Source: Microbacterium sp. (GTDB taxonomy: Bacteria > Actinomycetota > Actinomycetes > Actinomycetales > Microbacteriaceae). Taken from it: a stretch of 63,974 bases of DNA. Under the pieces are notes generated by a model that made no database searches, was not told the DNA's origin, and was given only the letters and a program-made list of their open reading frames with translations. A program made the translations under genes and the position numbers. Within the stretch, counting starts at the first letter, position 1. Each line of letters opens with the position of its first letter. The DNA lies in the NCBI RefSeq assembly GCF_029263575.1, contig NZ_JAJUFV010000001.1:1-63974 (forward strand). The letters are read 5' to 3'. Below are positions 18,885 through 29,110 of this stretch, in pieces.

Positions 18885-18902
18885 CGCGCGCAGAACCGGC
18901 GC

Positions 18903-19748
18903 TCAGTACTCGGCGAGCACCTCGGCCAGCATCCGATGGCCCTGCGCCTCGAACTGCTCGTCGCCGACCTGGAATGCCCAGCACGCCGTGCCGACGGCCT
19001 CCTGCAGCCGCTCGAGCCGCCAGTCGTCCCGATCGCGCGGGTCATCGCCGTATCCGTCGAAGAAGGCCGCCTCGAGATCGGGCCTGCCACGCCATTGCTG
19101 CGCGGCGAGCCTCGTGAAGTCGGTCGCCGCTGGCCGAAACGCGAAGCGCCCGAAGTCGATCACGCGCACCGTCTCACCGTCGATGAGCCAGTTCCGCGGC
19201 TGCCAATCGCCATGCGTGGGTACGACAGCGACCGGCTTCGCCGCGGCCGAACGCAACACATCCCGGGTCTTCTGCTCAGTCTCGGGCTCGACCCGGTGCG
19301 GCTGATCGAACCACGCCAGCGCACGCGCGATCGTGCGGGGCCAGTAGTCGGCATCCGTGCGCGTCTCCTGCTGATGCAGCGCCCGAAGCAGCGCCCCGGC
19401 TTGCATATAGGTCGGGGTGTGGGTCTCGGCATCCGTTCCCTGCACGAGCTCACCCGCCAGGAAATCAAGGATCATCACGCGCAGGGATGCATCCGAATCT
19501 CGCAGCGGCGCCGCGAGAGCGGATTCGACGAGCGACCGGGTGTACTCGGGGTGCGCGCTCAATTCGCGCCCAATGTGGTGATTGTTCCTGCCGCCGGCTT
19601 TGACCACCACGTCTTCATCGCCCGAGCGCACACGCAGCACGATCGATTCGACGACGTTCCACGACATGTCCGTGACGACATGCGCGTCAGCAAGCCGCTC
19701 CTGCACCCAGGCGCGCTGCGCCGCGCTCAGCCGTTCCCAGCCGCTCAC
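18903..19748 (-). CDS. Aminoglycoside phosphotransferase-family (APH/kinase-like) protein
   Basis: VVVK, LRALH, THGDWQPRNWL, VIDFG; 4-nt overlap with the upstream RNB gene. Confidence 0.85.
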   Translation of the reverse strand: MSGWERLSAAQRAWVQERLADAHVVTDMSWNVVESIVLRVRSGDEDVVVKAGGRNNHHIGRELSAHPEYTRSLVESALAAPLRDSDASLRVMILDFLAGELVQGTDAETHTPTYMQAGALLRALHQQETRTDADYWPRTIARALAWFDQPHRVEPETEQKTRDVLRSAAAKPVAVVPTHGDWQPRNWLIDGETVRVIDFGRFAFRPAATDFTRLAAQQWRGRPDLEAAFFDGYGDDPRDRDDWRLERLQEAVGTACWAFQVGDEQFEAQGHRMLAEVLAEY

Positions 19749-21169
19749 AGGGCGAACTCGACTTCGCCCTTCGCGATGTCGGCCCGCACGAGCTGCACCG
19801 AGACTGTATCGCCTGGCTTCGTCCCGACCGGCACGGGCGCCGATGCCGTGACAGCGGGATCCGCGATCTGGATGCCCGCGCGATCACCGTCCTCGCCGCG
19901 CAGCTCGATCACAGTTGCGTCGATGCGCGAACCCACCAGGGGAGTGAGCAGCGCAGCCTCGACACGGTTGACGGTGTCGGCGTTCAGACGAGAGGCCCGC
20001 TGCGACGATGTCTGCATGAGCGCGGGCAGTTCGCTCAGCGATTCGCGCGCCCACGTCGGTACCTCGGATCCCTCCGAGATGGCGAGGCAGATCGCCAGTG
20101 ACCAGCGATCGACGAGTCGGCGCAGGGGAGCGGTGGCGTGCGCGTATGGCGCGGCGATCGCGGCCTGCTCCAAATCGGCCGGTACGGACCCGTCGAAGCT
20201 CACATAGCCGGCGCCGCGGAACAGCGACGCCGCTGCCTCGAGCACCGGAAGCGTCAGCGGGTCATGGCGGTCGAGTCCGCGCAGATACTCGCCATACTCT
20301 CCCGTTGTCCACGGGCGCCCGAGCGCCTCGGTCTGCCGGCGGAAAGTATCGAATGCGGCACGGTCGGGAGCGGGCATGGTGCGCAGCACCCCGATCTTCG
20401 CCCCGACCATGAGCTCGGCTGCAGCCATCCCTGTCATCAACGACAGCTGAGCGTTCCACTCCTCGATCGGCAGAGGGTTACCGCGCACGATCGAATACGT
20501 GCCGTCGTCGTTCTGCACCACTTCTTCGTCAGGCATGTTCAGACTCGCCCCGCCGCGCTCCTGCTCTTTCACGATGCGCAGCTCGCCGATCTCCCGCAGC
20601 AGTGCGATGCGCGCGTCGTCATCGCGATCGAGCGCCTCCTGTGCGCTCACGTAATCGAGCTGGGCGCGTGAGCGGATCAGCGCGCGCTCGAGTCGGAAGT
20701 GCGACACGGATGCGTCAGCGCTCAGCTCGAACGTCCACACCAGCGCCGGGCGATCAACGTCGGGCAGCAGCGAGGCGTGATTCTCGCTGAGCACGCGCGG
20801 ATGCAACGGAATCGACCCATCCGCGGCGTACAGCGTCTGTCCGCGCTCACGTGCCGCGGCGTCCACCGCCCCGGTGGGTGCGACGAACCCCGGCACATCG
20901 GCGATGGCGTAGCGCACGGTGTACCCCGAATCCGTGCGCGCGAGATGGAACGCCTGATCGAGGTCTTTCGCCCCCGCCGGGTCGAGCGTGACGAAGTCCA
21001 CATCGCGTAGGTCGAGCTCGGGCGTCGCCGGCACGGCGGCGGATGCCTCGGCCTCTGCCGCCGCTGAGAAGTCGACGGGGGCATCGACGGCGTCTCGCAG
21101 GGCGGCGAGGGCTCGGGCGAGCTCACTCTGAGCGGCGGATGGAGCAACATGGGCGCGACGCTGAGGCAT
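19745..21169 (-). CDS. RNB-domain (RNase II/R family) ribonuclease lacking N-terminal cold-shock domains
   Basis: FVTLDP....DLDQA, YAIADV, RGQTLY, YAHATAPLRRLVDR; TAGGCT 6 nt upstream. Confidence 0.88.
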   Translation of the reverse strand: MPQRRAHVAPSAAQSELARALAALRDAVDAPVDFSAAAEAEASAAVPATPELDLRDVDFVTLDPAGAKDLDQAFHLARTDSGYTVRYAIADVPGFVAPTGAVDAAARERGQTLYAADGSIPLHPRVLSENHASLLPDVDRPALVWTFELSADASVSHFRLERALIRSRAQLDYVSAQEALDRDDDARIALLREIGELRIVKEQERGGASLNMPDEEVVQNDDGTYSIVRGNPLPIEEWNAQLSLMTGMAAAELMVGAKIGVLRTMPAPDRAAFDTFRRQTEALGRPWTTGEYGEYLRGLDRHDPLTLPVLEAAASLFRGAGYVSFDGSVPADLEQAAIAAPYAHATAPLRRLVDRWSLAICLAISEGSEVPTWARESLSELPALMQTSSQRASRLNADTVNRVEAALLTPLVGSRIDATVIELRGEDGDRAGIQIADPAVTASAPVPVGTKPGDTVSVQLVRADIAKGEVEFAL

Positions 21170-21258
21170 GCCCTCAGCCTAACGACGGCCACCGTTGACG
21201 CGTGTCACAGATCGACCGAATCGGCCCGGATCCCGACCGGGAGAGATAGCGTGAAACC

Positions 21259-22029
21259 ATGACCAATGCAGACAAGGCTCAGACCCTCGCCGCCCTCTAC
21301 AGCGCTCCCGAGATCCTCCGCGTCGTGAACGTGTGGGACGTCGTCTCCGCTCAGGCCATCACCGCCCTCGACCAGACCGCAGCGCTGGCGACGGCCGGGC
21401 ATTCCATCGCCGCGACTTACGGCTACCCCGATGGGCAGATCCCGCGCGAGCTGATGATCGACATGGTCGGTCGTATCGCCGCATCCACCGAGCTCCCCGT
21501 CAGCGCCGATCTCGATGACGGATATGACGACGCGGGCGAGACCACGCGGCTCGCGATCGGCGCAGGCGTCGTCGGCGCGAACGTCGAAGATCGGCTCAAG
21601 CCGCTTGCCGAGTCTGTCGCGGTCGTGGAAGCGATCGTCAAGGCTGGCGAAGCCGAGGGTGTGCCCTTCGTGCTCAACGCCCGCACCGACGCCTTCGTCC
21701 GCGGCGGCGGTCGTCCGGTCGACGAGAGCATCGCCGACGCGATTGAACGGGGGCGCGCATTCCTCGACGCCGGCGCGACAAGCGTCTTCGTCCCCGGCAT
21801 TCTCGATGCCGATGTCACCCGCAGGCTCGTCGAGGGGATCGGCCAGCGCAAGGTCAGCGTCATCGGGCTGCCCGGTGCCCTCACCGCCGCGGAATATGAG
21901 GCGCTGGGTGTCGCCCGTATCTCGTACGGGCCCACGACACAGCGTGTCGCACTCACCGCCCTGCAGGACGTCGCCACGAGCCTCTACGCTGACGGCGTGA
22001 TCCCCGAGGGCACCCGGGCTCTCAACTGA
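21259..22029 (+). CDS. Isocitrate lyase/PEP mutase family protein
   Basis: NVWD..SA, GYPDG, LPVSADLDDGY, GANVED, LNARTD, AGATSVFVPG, GVARISYG. Confidence 0.9.
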   Translation: MTNADKAQTLAALYSAPEILRVVNVWDVVSAQAITALDQTAALATAGHSIAATYGYPDGQIPRELMIDMVGRIAASTELPVSADLDDGYDDAGETTRLAIGAGVVGANVEDRLKPLAESVAVVEAIVKAGEAEGVPFVLNARTDAFVRGGGRPVDESIADAIERGRAFLDAGATSVFVPGILDADVTRRLVEGIGQRKVSVIGLPGALTAAEYEALGVARISYGPTTQRVALTALQDVATSLYADGVIPEGTRALN

Positions 22030-22061
22030 TACGTGCGGCCACGGGTCACTAGACTGGGCCC

Positions 22062-23816
22062 GTGGTCACTCGTCTCTCGAAATTCTTTCTCCGTACGCTG
22101 CGTGAAGACCCCGCCGAGGCGGAGGTCATCAGCCATAAGCTCCTGTTGCGCGCGGGATATATCCGCCGACAGTCCGCAGGCGTGTTCGCCTGGCTTCCGC
22201 TGGGGCTCAGGGTCAAGGCGAAGATCGAGACCATCGTCCGGGAAGAGATGGCGAACGCGGGGGCACAGGAGGTGCATTTCCCCGCGCTCATGCCGCGGGA
22301 ACCGTACGAAGCGACCGGTCGTTGGGAAGAGTACGGCGACCTGCTGTTCCGTCTGCACGACCGCAAGGGCGGCGACTATCTGCTCGCGCCCACGCACGAA
22401 GAAGCGTTCACGCTCCTGGTGAAAGACCTGTACTCGTCGTACAAAGATCTGCCGCTGACGCTCTTCCAGATTCAGGACAAGTACCGCGACGAGGCGCGGC
22501 CCCGCGCCGGCCTGCTGCGCGGCCGCGAGTTCACGATGAAGGACGCCTACTCCTTCGATGCCTCCGACGCAGGTCTCGAAGCCTCGTACATGAGCCAACG
22601 CGACGCCTACGAGCGGATCTTCCAGCGCCTCGGCCTGGAATACGTCATCGTGCAGGCGGACGCCGGCGCGATGGGCGGTTCGCGGTCAGAAGAGTTCCTG
22701 CACCCCACACCGGTCGGCGAAGACACCTTCGTGCGCACCGACGGAGGGTACGCGGCGAACGTCGAAGCCTTCACCACGGCGATTCCGGATGCGGTGCCGT
22801 TTGACGATGCCCCCGAGGCCACGATCTTCGACTCACCCGACACGCCGACCATCGAGACGCTCGTCGAGCACTCGAACGCGATCCTCGACGGCGAGTACAC
22901 CGCTGCCGACACGCTGAAGAACGTCGTGCTCGCCCTCACCCACCTCGACGGTACGCGCGAGCTCGTCGTCGTCGGCATCCCGGGCGATCGCGAGGTCGAT
23001 GACAAGCGTGCCGAGGTCGCCTTCGCGCCGGCCGAGGTGTCGACCGCGACACCGGAGGACTTCGCCGCCAACCCGCAGCTCGTGAAGGGCTACATCGGGC
23101 CGTGGTCACCCGACGGCGCCGTGCTGGGCGAGAAATCGGCTACCGGCATCCGCTACCTCCTCGACCCTCGCGTTTCGAAGGGCACTCGCTGGATCACCGG
23201 CGCGAACATCGACCAGAAGCACGCGCACTCCGTCGTCGCCGGCCGAGACTTCGTCGCCGACGGCATCGTCGAGATCGCGAATGTTCGAGATGGCGACCCC
23301 GCCCCCGACGGCTCGGGCCCCGTCACGCTCGCGCGCGGCATGGAGATCGGTCACGTCTTCCAGCTCGGCCGCAAGTACGCTGAGGCGCTGGGTCTCAAGG
23401 TGCTCGACGAGAACGGCAAGCTCGTCACCGTCACCATGGGCTCGTACGGCATCGGCGTCACCCGCATCCTTGCGATCATCGCCGAGCTGAGTAACGACGA
23501 TAAAGGACTCATCTGGCCGGAATCCGTCTCACCGTTCGACGTGCACGTCGTCGCTGCTGGCCGCGACCAGCTCGCTTTCGACGTGGCAGAGAAGGCTGCC
23601 GCAGACCTCGAGGAGAGCGGGCTCGACGTGCTCTACGACGATCGGCCGAAGGTATCGCCCGGTGTGAAGTTCGGCGACGCCGAGCTGATCGGCGTCCCGC
23701 ACGTTCTGGTCGTGGGTCGCGGGGCAGCCGAGGGCCAGGTCGAGCTATGGGATCGCCGCACGGGACAGCGTGACATCCTGGCGCTGGCCGATGCGATCGC
23801 GGCATTGACGAGCTGA
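22062..23816 (+). CDS. proS: Proline--tRNA ligase with INS editing domain
   Basis: [71 protein letters not shown]. Confidence 0.98.
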   Translation: MVTRLSKFFLRTLREDPAEAEVISHKLLLRAGYIRRQSAGVFAWLPLGLRVKAKIETIVREEMANAGAQEVHFPALMPREPYEATGRWEEYGDLLFRLHDRKGGDYLLAPTHEEAFTLLVKDLYSSYKDLPLTLFQIQDKYRDEARPRAGLLRGREFTMKDAYSFDASDAGLEASYMSQRDAYERIFQRLGLEYVIVQADAGAMGGSRSEEFLHPTPVGEDTFVRTDGGYAANVEAFTTAIPDAVPFDDAPEATIFDSPDTPTIETLVEHSNAILDGEYTAADTLKNVVLALTHLDGTRELVVVGIPGDREVDDKRAEVAFAPAEVSTATPEDFAANPQLVKGYIGPWSPDGAVLGEKSATGIRYLLDPRVSKGTRWITGANIDQKHAHSVVAGRDFVADGIVEIANVRDGDPAPDGSGPVTLARGMEIGHVFQLGRKYAEALGLKVLDENGKLVTVTMGSYGIGVTRILAIIAELSNDDKGLIWPESVSPFDVHVVAAGRDQLAFDVAEKAAADLEESGLDVLYDDRPKVSPGVKFGDAELIGVPHVLVVGRGAAEGQVELWDRRTGQRDILALADAIAALTS

Positions 23817-23818
23817 TC

Positions 23819-24850
23819 ATGACCGAGCAGCAGCGCGAGGCGCTCAGAGCCGACGTCGAGCGGATCATGACCGAGGCCGGAGTCCTCGCCAACCGATCGT
23901 TGATTCGCCGCATCGTGCACACCGGCGTCGGGCTGGGCGAGGACGGCACCGACCGGCTCAACCTCAAGATCGCCTCGGCGGCGCTCGCCGAGATGCGTGA
24001 CGCGTTCCGACTGTTTCAGCCCTACGCTGACGTGCCCAAGGTCACGGTGTTCGGCTCCGCCCGCACGCAACAAGACGACCCGCTCTATGACCAGGCGCGC
24101 TCGGTCGCCGAGGTGCTTGCCGAGCGAGGCTGGATGGTCGTCACGGGCGCTGGCCCCGGAATCATGCAGGCGGCGGCCGAGGGAGCGGGTGAGAAGATGG
24201 CGCTCGGCGTCTCGATTCGCCTACCCTTCGAGGAGAAGCCCAGCGCGGTCGTCGCAGACGAGACGCACTCGGTCGAGATGAAGTACTTCTTCACCCGCAA
24301 GCTCATGCTCGTGAAGGAATCCACCGGATTCATCTGTCTTCCCGGCGGCTTCGGCACGCTCGACGAGATGTTCGAGCTGCTCACCCTGCAGCAGACCGGC
24401 AAGGCCGAGCCCATGCCCATCGTGCTGCTCGATGAGCCTGGGGGGACGTTCTGGCGGAACCTGGAGCACTTCGTGCTCGAGACGCTGGTTCCGGCGGGAG
24501 TGATCTCGCCGGATGACTTCGATCGCGTGCTCGTCACCGACTCAGCTGCGGATGCCGTCGCCGAGATCTCCGTGTTCTGGAAGAACAAGGACTCGCTGCG
24601 CTGGCTGTACGACGTGCTCGTGCTGCGGTTGAAGAATCGCCCGACCGCCGACGAGGTGGCCCAACTCAACAAACAGTTCACCTCGGTCATCGCGGCGGGG
24701 AGAATCGAACTGGTCGATGCGTTGCCGCAAGAGGTGTCTGACAACGACCGGGTCGAGCTTCCCAGACTGGCGCTGCAGCTCGGCCAGCGTGAAGTCGGCG
24801 GGCTGTATCTCCTCATCGACGCGATCAACGCCCTCCCGTCCGCTGACTGA
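23819..24850 (+). CDS. LOG/TIGR00730-family nucleotide phosphoribohydrolase (long form)
   Basis: VTVFGSAR, TGAGPGIM.A, YFFTRK, PGGFGTLDE; starts 2 nt after the proS stop. Confidence 0.88.
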   Translation: MTEQQREALRADVERIMTEAGVLANRSLIRRIVHTGVGLGEDGTDRLNLKIASAALAEMRDAFRLFQPYADVPKVTVFGSARTQQDDPLYDQARSVAEVLAERGWMVVTGAGPGIMQAAAEGAGEKMALGVSIRLPFEEKPSAVVADETHSVEMKYFFTRKLMLVKESTGFICLPGGFGTLDEMFELLTLQQTGKAEPMPIVLLDEPGGTFWRNLEHFVLETLVPAGVISPDDFDRVLVTDSAADAVAEISVFWKNKDSLRWLYDVLVLRLKNRPTADEVAQLNKQFTSVIAAGRIELVDALPQEVSDNDRVELPRLALQLGQREVGGLYLLIDAINALPSAD

Positions 24851-24903
24851 TCGCGTTCGCGCCACGGCCCCGCCGATGTGGGACCTCACGCTGACAGATG
24901 ACG

Positions 24904-24944
24904 ACGGGGCCGACCGCGCTGGCACTTGCCGCGGTCGGCCCCGT
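24904..24944. terminator. Hairpin between convergent genes
   Basis: ACGGGGCCGACCGCG ... CGCGGTCGGCCCCGT, a 15-bp perfect inverted repeat. Confidence 0.7.
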
Positions 24945-24969
24945 GTCGTGATCGGATCGGGGTGGGTGA

Positions 24970-27504
24970 TCAGGTGTGTGTGCGCCGACGGATGCTGAAG
25001 GCGACCAGACCACCGCCGGCCAGAAGGGCGGCGACTGCCGCCGAGAGGGCGACCCAGAAGCTTCCGTCCAGCCCGGTAGCGGGAAGGGTGCCGTCGCCGC
25101 CAGCGGCCGAACCGCTGTCGTCACGGGGCAGCTCACCGGGCTCTTCGTCTGATCCGTCACCGGGCCCGTCCACAGCGGGCGGATCGGTCGGTGCGGCGGC
25201 AATCTCGAACGAGACCGACAGCGGATCGCTCGTGCGAGCGCCCAGCGCCTGCGCGACAGTGACGTCGTAGGCTCCGGCGGCGAGCTCGGAAAGCGCGAAC
25301 GTCCACGTGCCGTCATCGTTCACCGTTGCCACGGTGGCTGAGGTGTCAGCGGCGGAGGCGAAGCTCGCGCGAGCGATGCCCGGCGTCGACGATGACACGA
25401 CGATCTCGGCGCCGGGGAATCCGGTGCCACTCAGCTCAACAGAATCCGTACCGATCGGCAGGGCTCCGGACGGTGCCGAAGCGATCTCCAGACCGCTCAG
25501 GTCGGCACGTTGCGTGAGCCACTCATCGGGCGTCGTGGGGCGATCGATGATGCGGGTCTCGCCGATGCATCCGTGCCAGCCGTTGCGGGCGGCGTCATCG
25601 GACCAGTCGGCGCCGATGATCCACGGCATGCCCTCGTTCCACGTCATCCCGACCGTGTCGACGGCGTTGCGCAGCACCGGAGCGCCATCGACGTACATCG
25701 TCGTGGCCTTCGTCTGCGGGTCGTTCACGATCGCGACGTGCGACCAGGCGTCGGGCATGATCTCACCCGACCAGTTGACACGATCGCCCTTGGTGGCGTC
25801 TGCCGACAGGCTCGTGTACTGGAACTCACGCAGGTTCGAGATGCCGAGCGCGGTCGGCGATGCGGTGTAGTCCCACTGGCTCGGCGGCATGTCGGTGTGC
25901 GAACGGTTGCCCGTGCGCACCAGAGCTTTCGACCAGCCGTTGGCCGAGGCATCCCACTCGGCGTCCAGCTTCACGAAGGTCTCGATCGTGTATCCGCTGG
26001 AGAGATCGGCGTCGTTGATGGCAGCGTCGGCCGCGGTCGTGAGGTAGCTGTAGCGCTCGGCCGACGAGTCGGCGAAGCAGACGGCCGCACCGTCCGATGA
26101 GTATCCGTGCACGTCGGAGCTTTCGATGGTGACGTCCGACCACTCGGCGCCGACGGCGTTCGTCTCGGCGGGGTCGACGCGGTGCAGATCGTTGTCGCCG
26201 GCGATATCGGCGACGACGGTGTCGGCATCCACGTCGCCGTCCAGTCCGTTGAAGCGCCAGTGCGCGAGGGTACCCGGCGCCTCGGGGAAGTCGAGCTCGT
26301 TGCCCGGGTATGCCGTGTCGCGGGGATCAGGGCCCTCGAAGCCGTCAAGCAGAATGTCACGTGCGCGCTGCGTCAGCGACGGCTCATCCGCTGTGGTTCC
26401 GGCACCGAAGTCGGGGTTGAACCCGGCGAAGCGCGCGGCGAAGTCGATGTCGATGCTGTACTGCTGCTGCGGACCTTCCAGGAACGGCTGATCGTAGCTG
26501 GTCAGCGTCTCCTGCGGCTTGGAAACGACCCACGGCGACGCCGTCTGCGCGTTGATCTGTCCGTTGGTCAGGTCGAACTCGAGCAGCCCGAGATAGCCGT
26601 TTCCGCCCTCGTACGCCATCTGGTAGTCGATCAGGACCTCATGGACGTCGTGACCGAAGTTGTTGACCTTCGTCAGCCGCGTCGCGCCGTGGAAATGCCC
26701 GTTGAAGGTGAGGAAGATCTGGTCGTTGTCTGCGATGAGCTTGTCCCAGAGCATCAGGCCGTACTCCGTCTCGCGCGGGCTCTCTCCGTCGGCATCGATG
26801 TTGAGCACCTCATGGCTGGTGAGGATCACGGGAACGGTCGGATGCTCCGCCATCACTGAATCCGCCCAGGCCAGTGTCGCCTCAGACACCCGCCAGGGGA
26901 GCGTCAGCACCATGAACTCCTGCCCTTCGGCTTCGAAGATGTGATACCGGCTGAGACCTGTGGGGTCGCTGCCCTGGTAGGACGGATCAGCGGCGGCTCG
27001 CTCGACGGGGAACCACTTCAGGAACGGCTCGGCGTCGAGGTCATAGTCGGTGTCGACGAGGCTCGCGCTGCTGTTGAGGACATCGTGGTTGCCCGTGAGG
27101 ATCGAGTACGACTGTCCGGCGTCCTCGAGATTCTGCATTGCGCGGTCGGCGGCCTGCCACTCCGCCTCCACAGTGGCGCGGTCGACGATGTCGCCGACGT
27201 GAGCGGTGAAGGGAATGCGCAGCTCCGACGCGTTCTCGGCGATCCACGCGGTCTGCGTCGCGAAGGGGTCTGTCCCGTATCGAGGCTGGAACTGCTCGGC
27301 GGAGTACCGGGAGTAGAACTGGGTATCGGGCAACACCGGGAGGGTGAAGCGCGAGGCGAGGTCGGTGTCCTCGGCGGCGGCCGACGCAGGTAGCGCGGTG
27401 GATGTCGAGAGGAGGCCAGCGGCGAGGCCGACCGCGAGTGCGCCGGCGACGCAACCAGCGGCGCGTCGTCGGCGAGAGACAGAGAGGGTGGTTGACGGAC
27501 GCAA
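24970..27504 (-). CDS. Secreted, sortase-anchored metallophosphoesterase with LamG/concanavalin-like and Ig-like domains
   Basis: Signal peptide (RRRRAA...ASA); PDTQ, HVGDIVD, GNHD, TSH, GHFH; LamG-like (YTIETFVK, WSHVAIV, MYVDG, W.G.IGETRI); C-terminal LPATG + TM + RRR. Confidence 0.82.
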   Translation of the reverse strand: MRPSTTLSVSRRRRAAGCVAGALAVGLAAGLLSTSTALPASAAAEDTDLASRFTLPVLPDTQFYSRYSAEQFQPRYGTDPFATQTAWIAENASELRIPFTAHVGDIVDRATVEAEWQAADRAMQNLEDAGQSYSILTGNHDVLNSSASLVDTDYDLDAEPFLKWFPVERAAADPSYQGSDPTGLSRYHIFEAEGQEFMVLTLPWRVSEATLAWADSVMAEHPTVPVILTSHEVLNIDADGESPRETEYGLMLWDKLIADNDQIFLTFNGHFHGATRLTKVNNFGHDVHEVLIDYQMAYEGGNGYLGLLEFDLTNGQINAQTASPWVVSKPQETLTSYDQPFLEGPQQQYSIDIDFAARFAGFNPDFGAGTTADEPSLTQRARDILLDGFEGPDPRDTAYPGNELDFPEAPGTLAHWRFNGLDGDVDADTVVADIAGDNDLHRVDPAETNAVGAEWSDVTIESSDVHGYSSDGAAVCFADSSAERYSYLTTAADAAINDADLSSGYTIETFVKLDAEWDASANGWSKALVRTGNRSHTDMPPSQWDYTASPTALGISNLREFQYTSLSADATKGDRVNWSGEIMPDAWSHVAIVNDPQTKATTMYVDGAPVLRNAVDTVGMTWNEGMPWIIGADWSDDAARNGWHGCIGETRIIDRPTTPDEWLTQRADLSGLEIASAPSGALPIGTDSVELSGTGFPGAEIVVSSSTPGIARASFASAADTSATVATVNDDGTWTFALSELAAGAYDVTVAQALGARTSDPLSVSFEIAAAPTDPPAVDGPGDGSDEEPGELPRDDSGSAAGGDGTLPATGLDGSFWVALSAAVAALLAGGGLVAFSIRRRTHT

Positions 27505-27755
27505 CGAATGATCCTTCGAGTCGGGGGGAGGGGGATTTCACCTCTCGTCCGATCGTCGCGGATCGGCCGAAGCAGGCGTGTGCACGCCACAATGGCCCCG
27601 GCAGGTTGCCGAAGAGTTGCCAGCAGACGGACGCGAGGTTGCACAGCGGCAACGAGCCCACAGCGTCTCAGCGGCGGCCCCCGCTGTGACCGGGTATCGT
27701 AGAACGGTGCCGCGCGTGCAGGATGCTGCGGCGAGAGCTGAATACGGAGGCCGTT

Positions 27756-28739
27756 ATGGAAATCGAACTGGGGCTGCTGCGCGGGATCGAGAAGGAAAAG
27801 GCGATTCCTTTCGAAGAGCTCGTCGCCATCATCGAGCAGGCCGTCCTGACGGCGTACGGTAAGCACGTCTCCGAAGACGGCGCTGTTCCGGTCGGCGTCC
27901 GTGTGAAGCTCGACGAAGCGAGCGGGCACGTGGCCGTGCTGCAGGCGGTGACCGACGCCGAGGGCGCGATCATCGGCGAAGAGGATGCCACTCCCGAGGA
28001 TTTCGGGCGCATCGGCGCCTTCGCCGCGAAGCAGGTCATCAGCCAGCGTCTGCGCGACATCGCCGACGACGCCGTGCTGGGCGAGTTCAAGGGCAAAGAG
28101 GGCGACATCGTCGCCGGTGTCATCCAACAGGGCCCGAACCCGCGCATGATCCACATCGACCTGGGGTCGGTCGAGGCCATCCTCCCTCCCGAAGAACAGG
28201 TCCCTGGCGAGGACTACGCCCACGGTTCGCGCCTGCGCGTCTACGTCACGAGCGTCGCGAAAGGGCTCAAAGGTCCCCAGATCACTGTTTCGCGCACGCA
28301 TCCCGGATTGGTGCGCAAGCTCTTCGCGCTGGAGGTGCCGGAGATCGCTGCCGGACTCGTCGAGATCGTCTCGCTCGCCCGTGAGGCTGGCCACCGAACC
28401 AAGATCGCGGTGAAGGCCAATGACCCGTCGATCAACGCCAAAGGCTCATGCATCGGCGAACTCGGCCGTCGTGTGCGTGCTGTGACCGAAGAACTCGCCG
28501 GCGAGAAGATCGACATCGTCGACTACGATTCCGAGCTCGCTGCGTTCGTGGCGAATGCGCTGTCGCCGGCGAAGGTCACCAGCTCCTTCATGCTGGATGC
28601 CGGCACCAAGGCGGTTCGCGCGCTGGTGCCCGACTACCAGCTCTCGCTGGCGATCGGCAAAGAAGGTCAGAACGCCCGACTCGCGGCCAAGCTCACGGGC
28701 GCGAAGATCGATATCCAGCCCGACAGCATCCTCGACTGA
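27756..28739 (+). CDS. nusA: Transcription termination/antitermination factor NusA
   Basis: FGRI.AFAAKQVI.QRLR, SRTHPGLV.KLFALEVPEI, AREAGHRTKIAV, GEKIDIV, LSLAIGKEGQNARLAAKLTG; GGAGG before ATG27756. Confidence 0.98.
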   Translation: MEIELGLLRGIEKEKAIPFEELVAIIEQAVLTAYGKHVSEDGAVPVGVRVKLDEASGHVAVLQAVTDAEGAIIGEEDATPEDFGRIGAFAAKQVISQRLRDIADDAVLGEFKGKEGDIVAGVIQQGPNPRMIHIDLGSVEAILPPEEQVPGEDYAHGSRLRVYVTSVAKGLKGPQITVSRTHPGLVRKLFALEVPEIAAGLVEIVSLAREAGHRTKIAVKANDPSINAKGSCIGELGRRVRAVTEELAGEKIDIVDYDSELAAFVANALSPAKVTSSFMLDAGTKAVRALVPDYQLSLAIGKEGQNARLAAKLTGAKIDIQPDSILD

Positions 28740-28778
28740 CCGGCAACGCGCAGTTGCCTCTCCGGTAGGCGGTGTAGG

Positions 28779-29051
28779 ATGGAACCTGTACGAACATGCG
28801 TCGGTTGTCGCGTGCGTGCTTCCCGATCTGCTCTGATCAGAGTGGTGGCAGACCATGGTGTCCTCATCGTCGATGAGCGTGCCGTGTTGCCGGGGAGGGG
28901 CGCGTGGCTGCATCCGACGCAGGAATGCATGGAAACCGCGCTGCGGCGCCGTGCTTTCGCACGAGCCCTCCGTGTGTCCTCACCGCTGGACACGCAGACC
29001 ATCGAGAAACGGCTGAACGGCTATGGAAACAAAGTGAACGGCTCGAAATGA
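28779..29051 (+). CDS. ylxR: YlxR/DUF448 RNA-binding protein
   Basis: PVRTCVGCR, LIRVV, PGRGAWLH, C...A..RRAF.RAL; between nusA and infB. Confidence 0.9.
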   Translation: MEPVRTCVGCRVRASRSALIRVVADHGVLIVDERAVLPGRGAWLHPTQECMETALRRRAFARALRVSSPLDTQTIEKRLNGYGNKVNGSK

Positions 29052-29110
29052 GACCCGTCCGCAACTAGTGGTCTGCCCTGTCTGGGCAGACCGACCCAGA
29101 CAGGAGAATT

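Noticed and set aside
18903-19748. Aminoglycoside resistance gene
   Set aside because: Only the general APH/kinase fold motifs are visible; no mobile context or specific similarity I can support.
27505-27755. Missing rimP upstream of nusA
   Set aside because: No remnant seen; it may be elsewhere in the genome or absent lineage-wide, which cannot be judged from this window.
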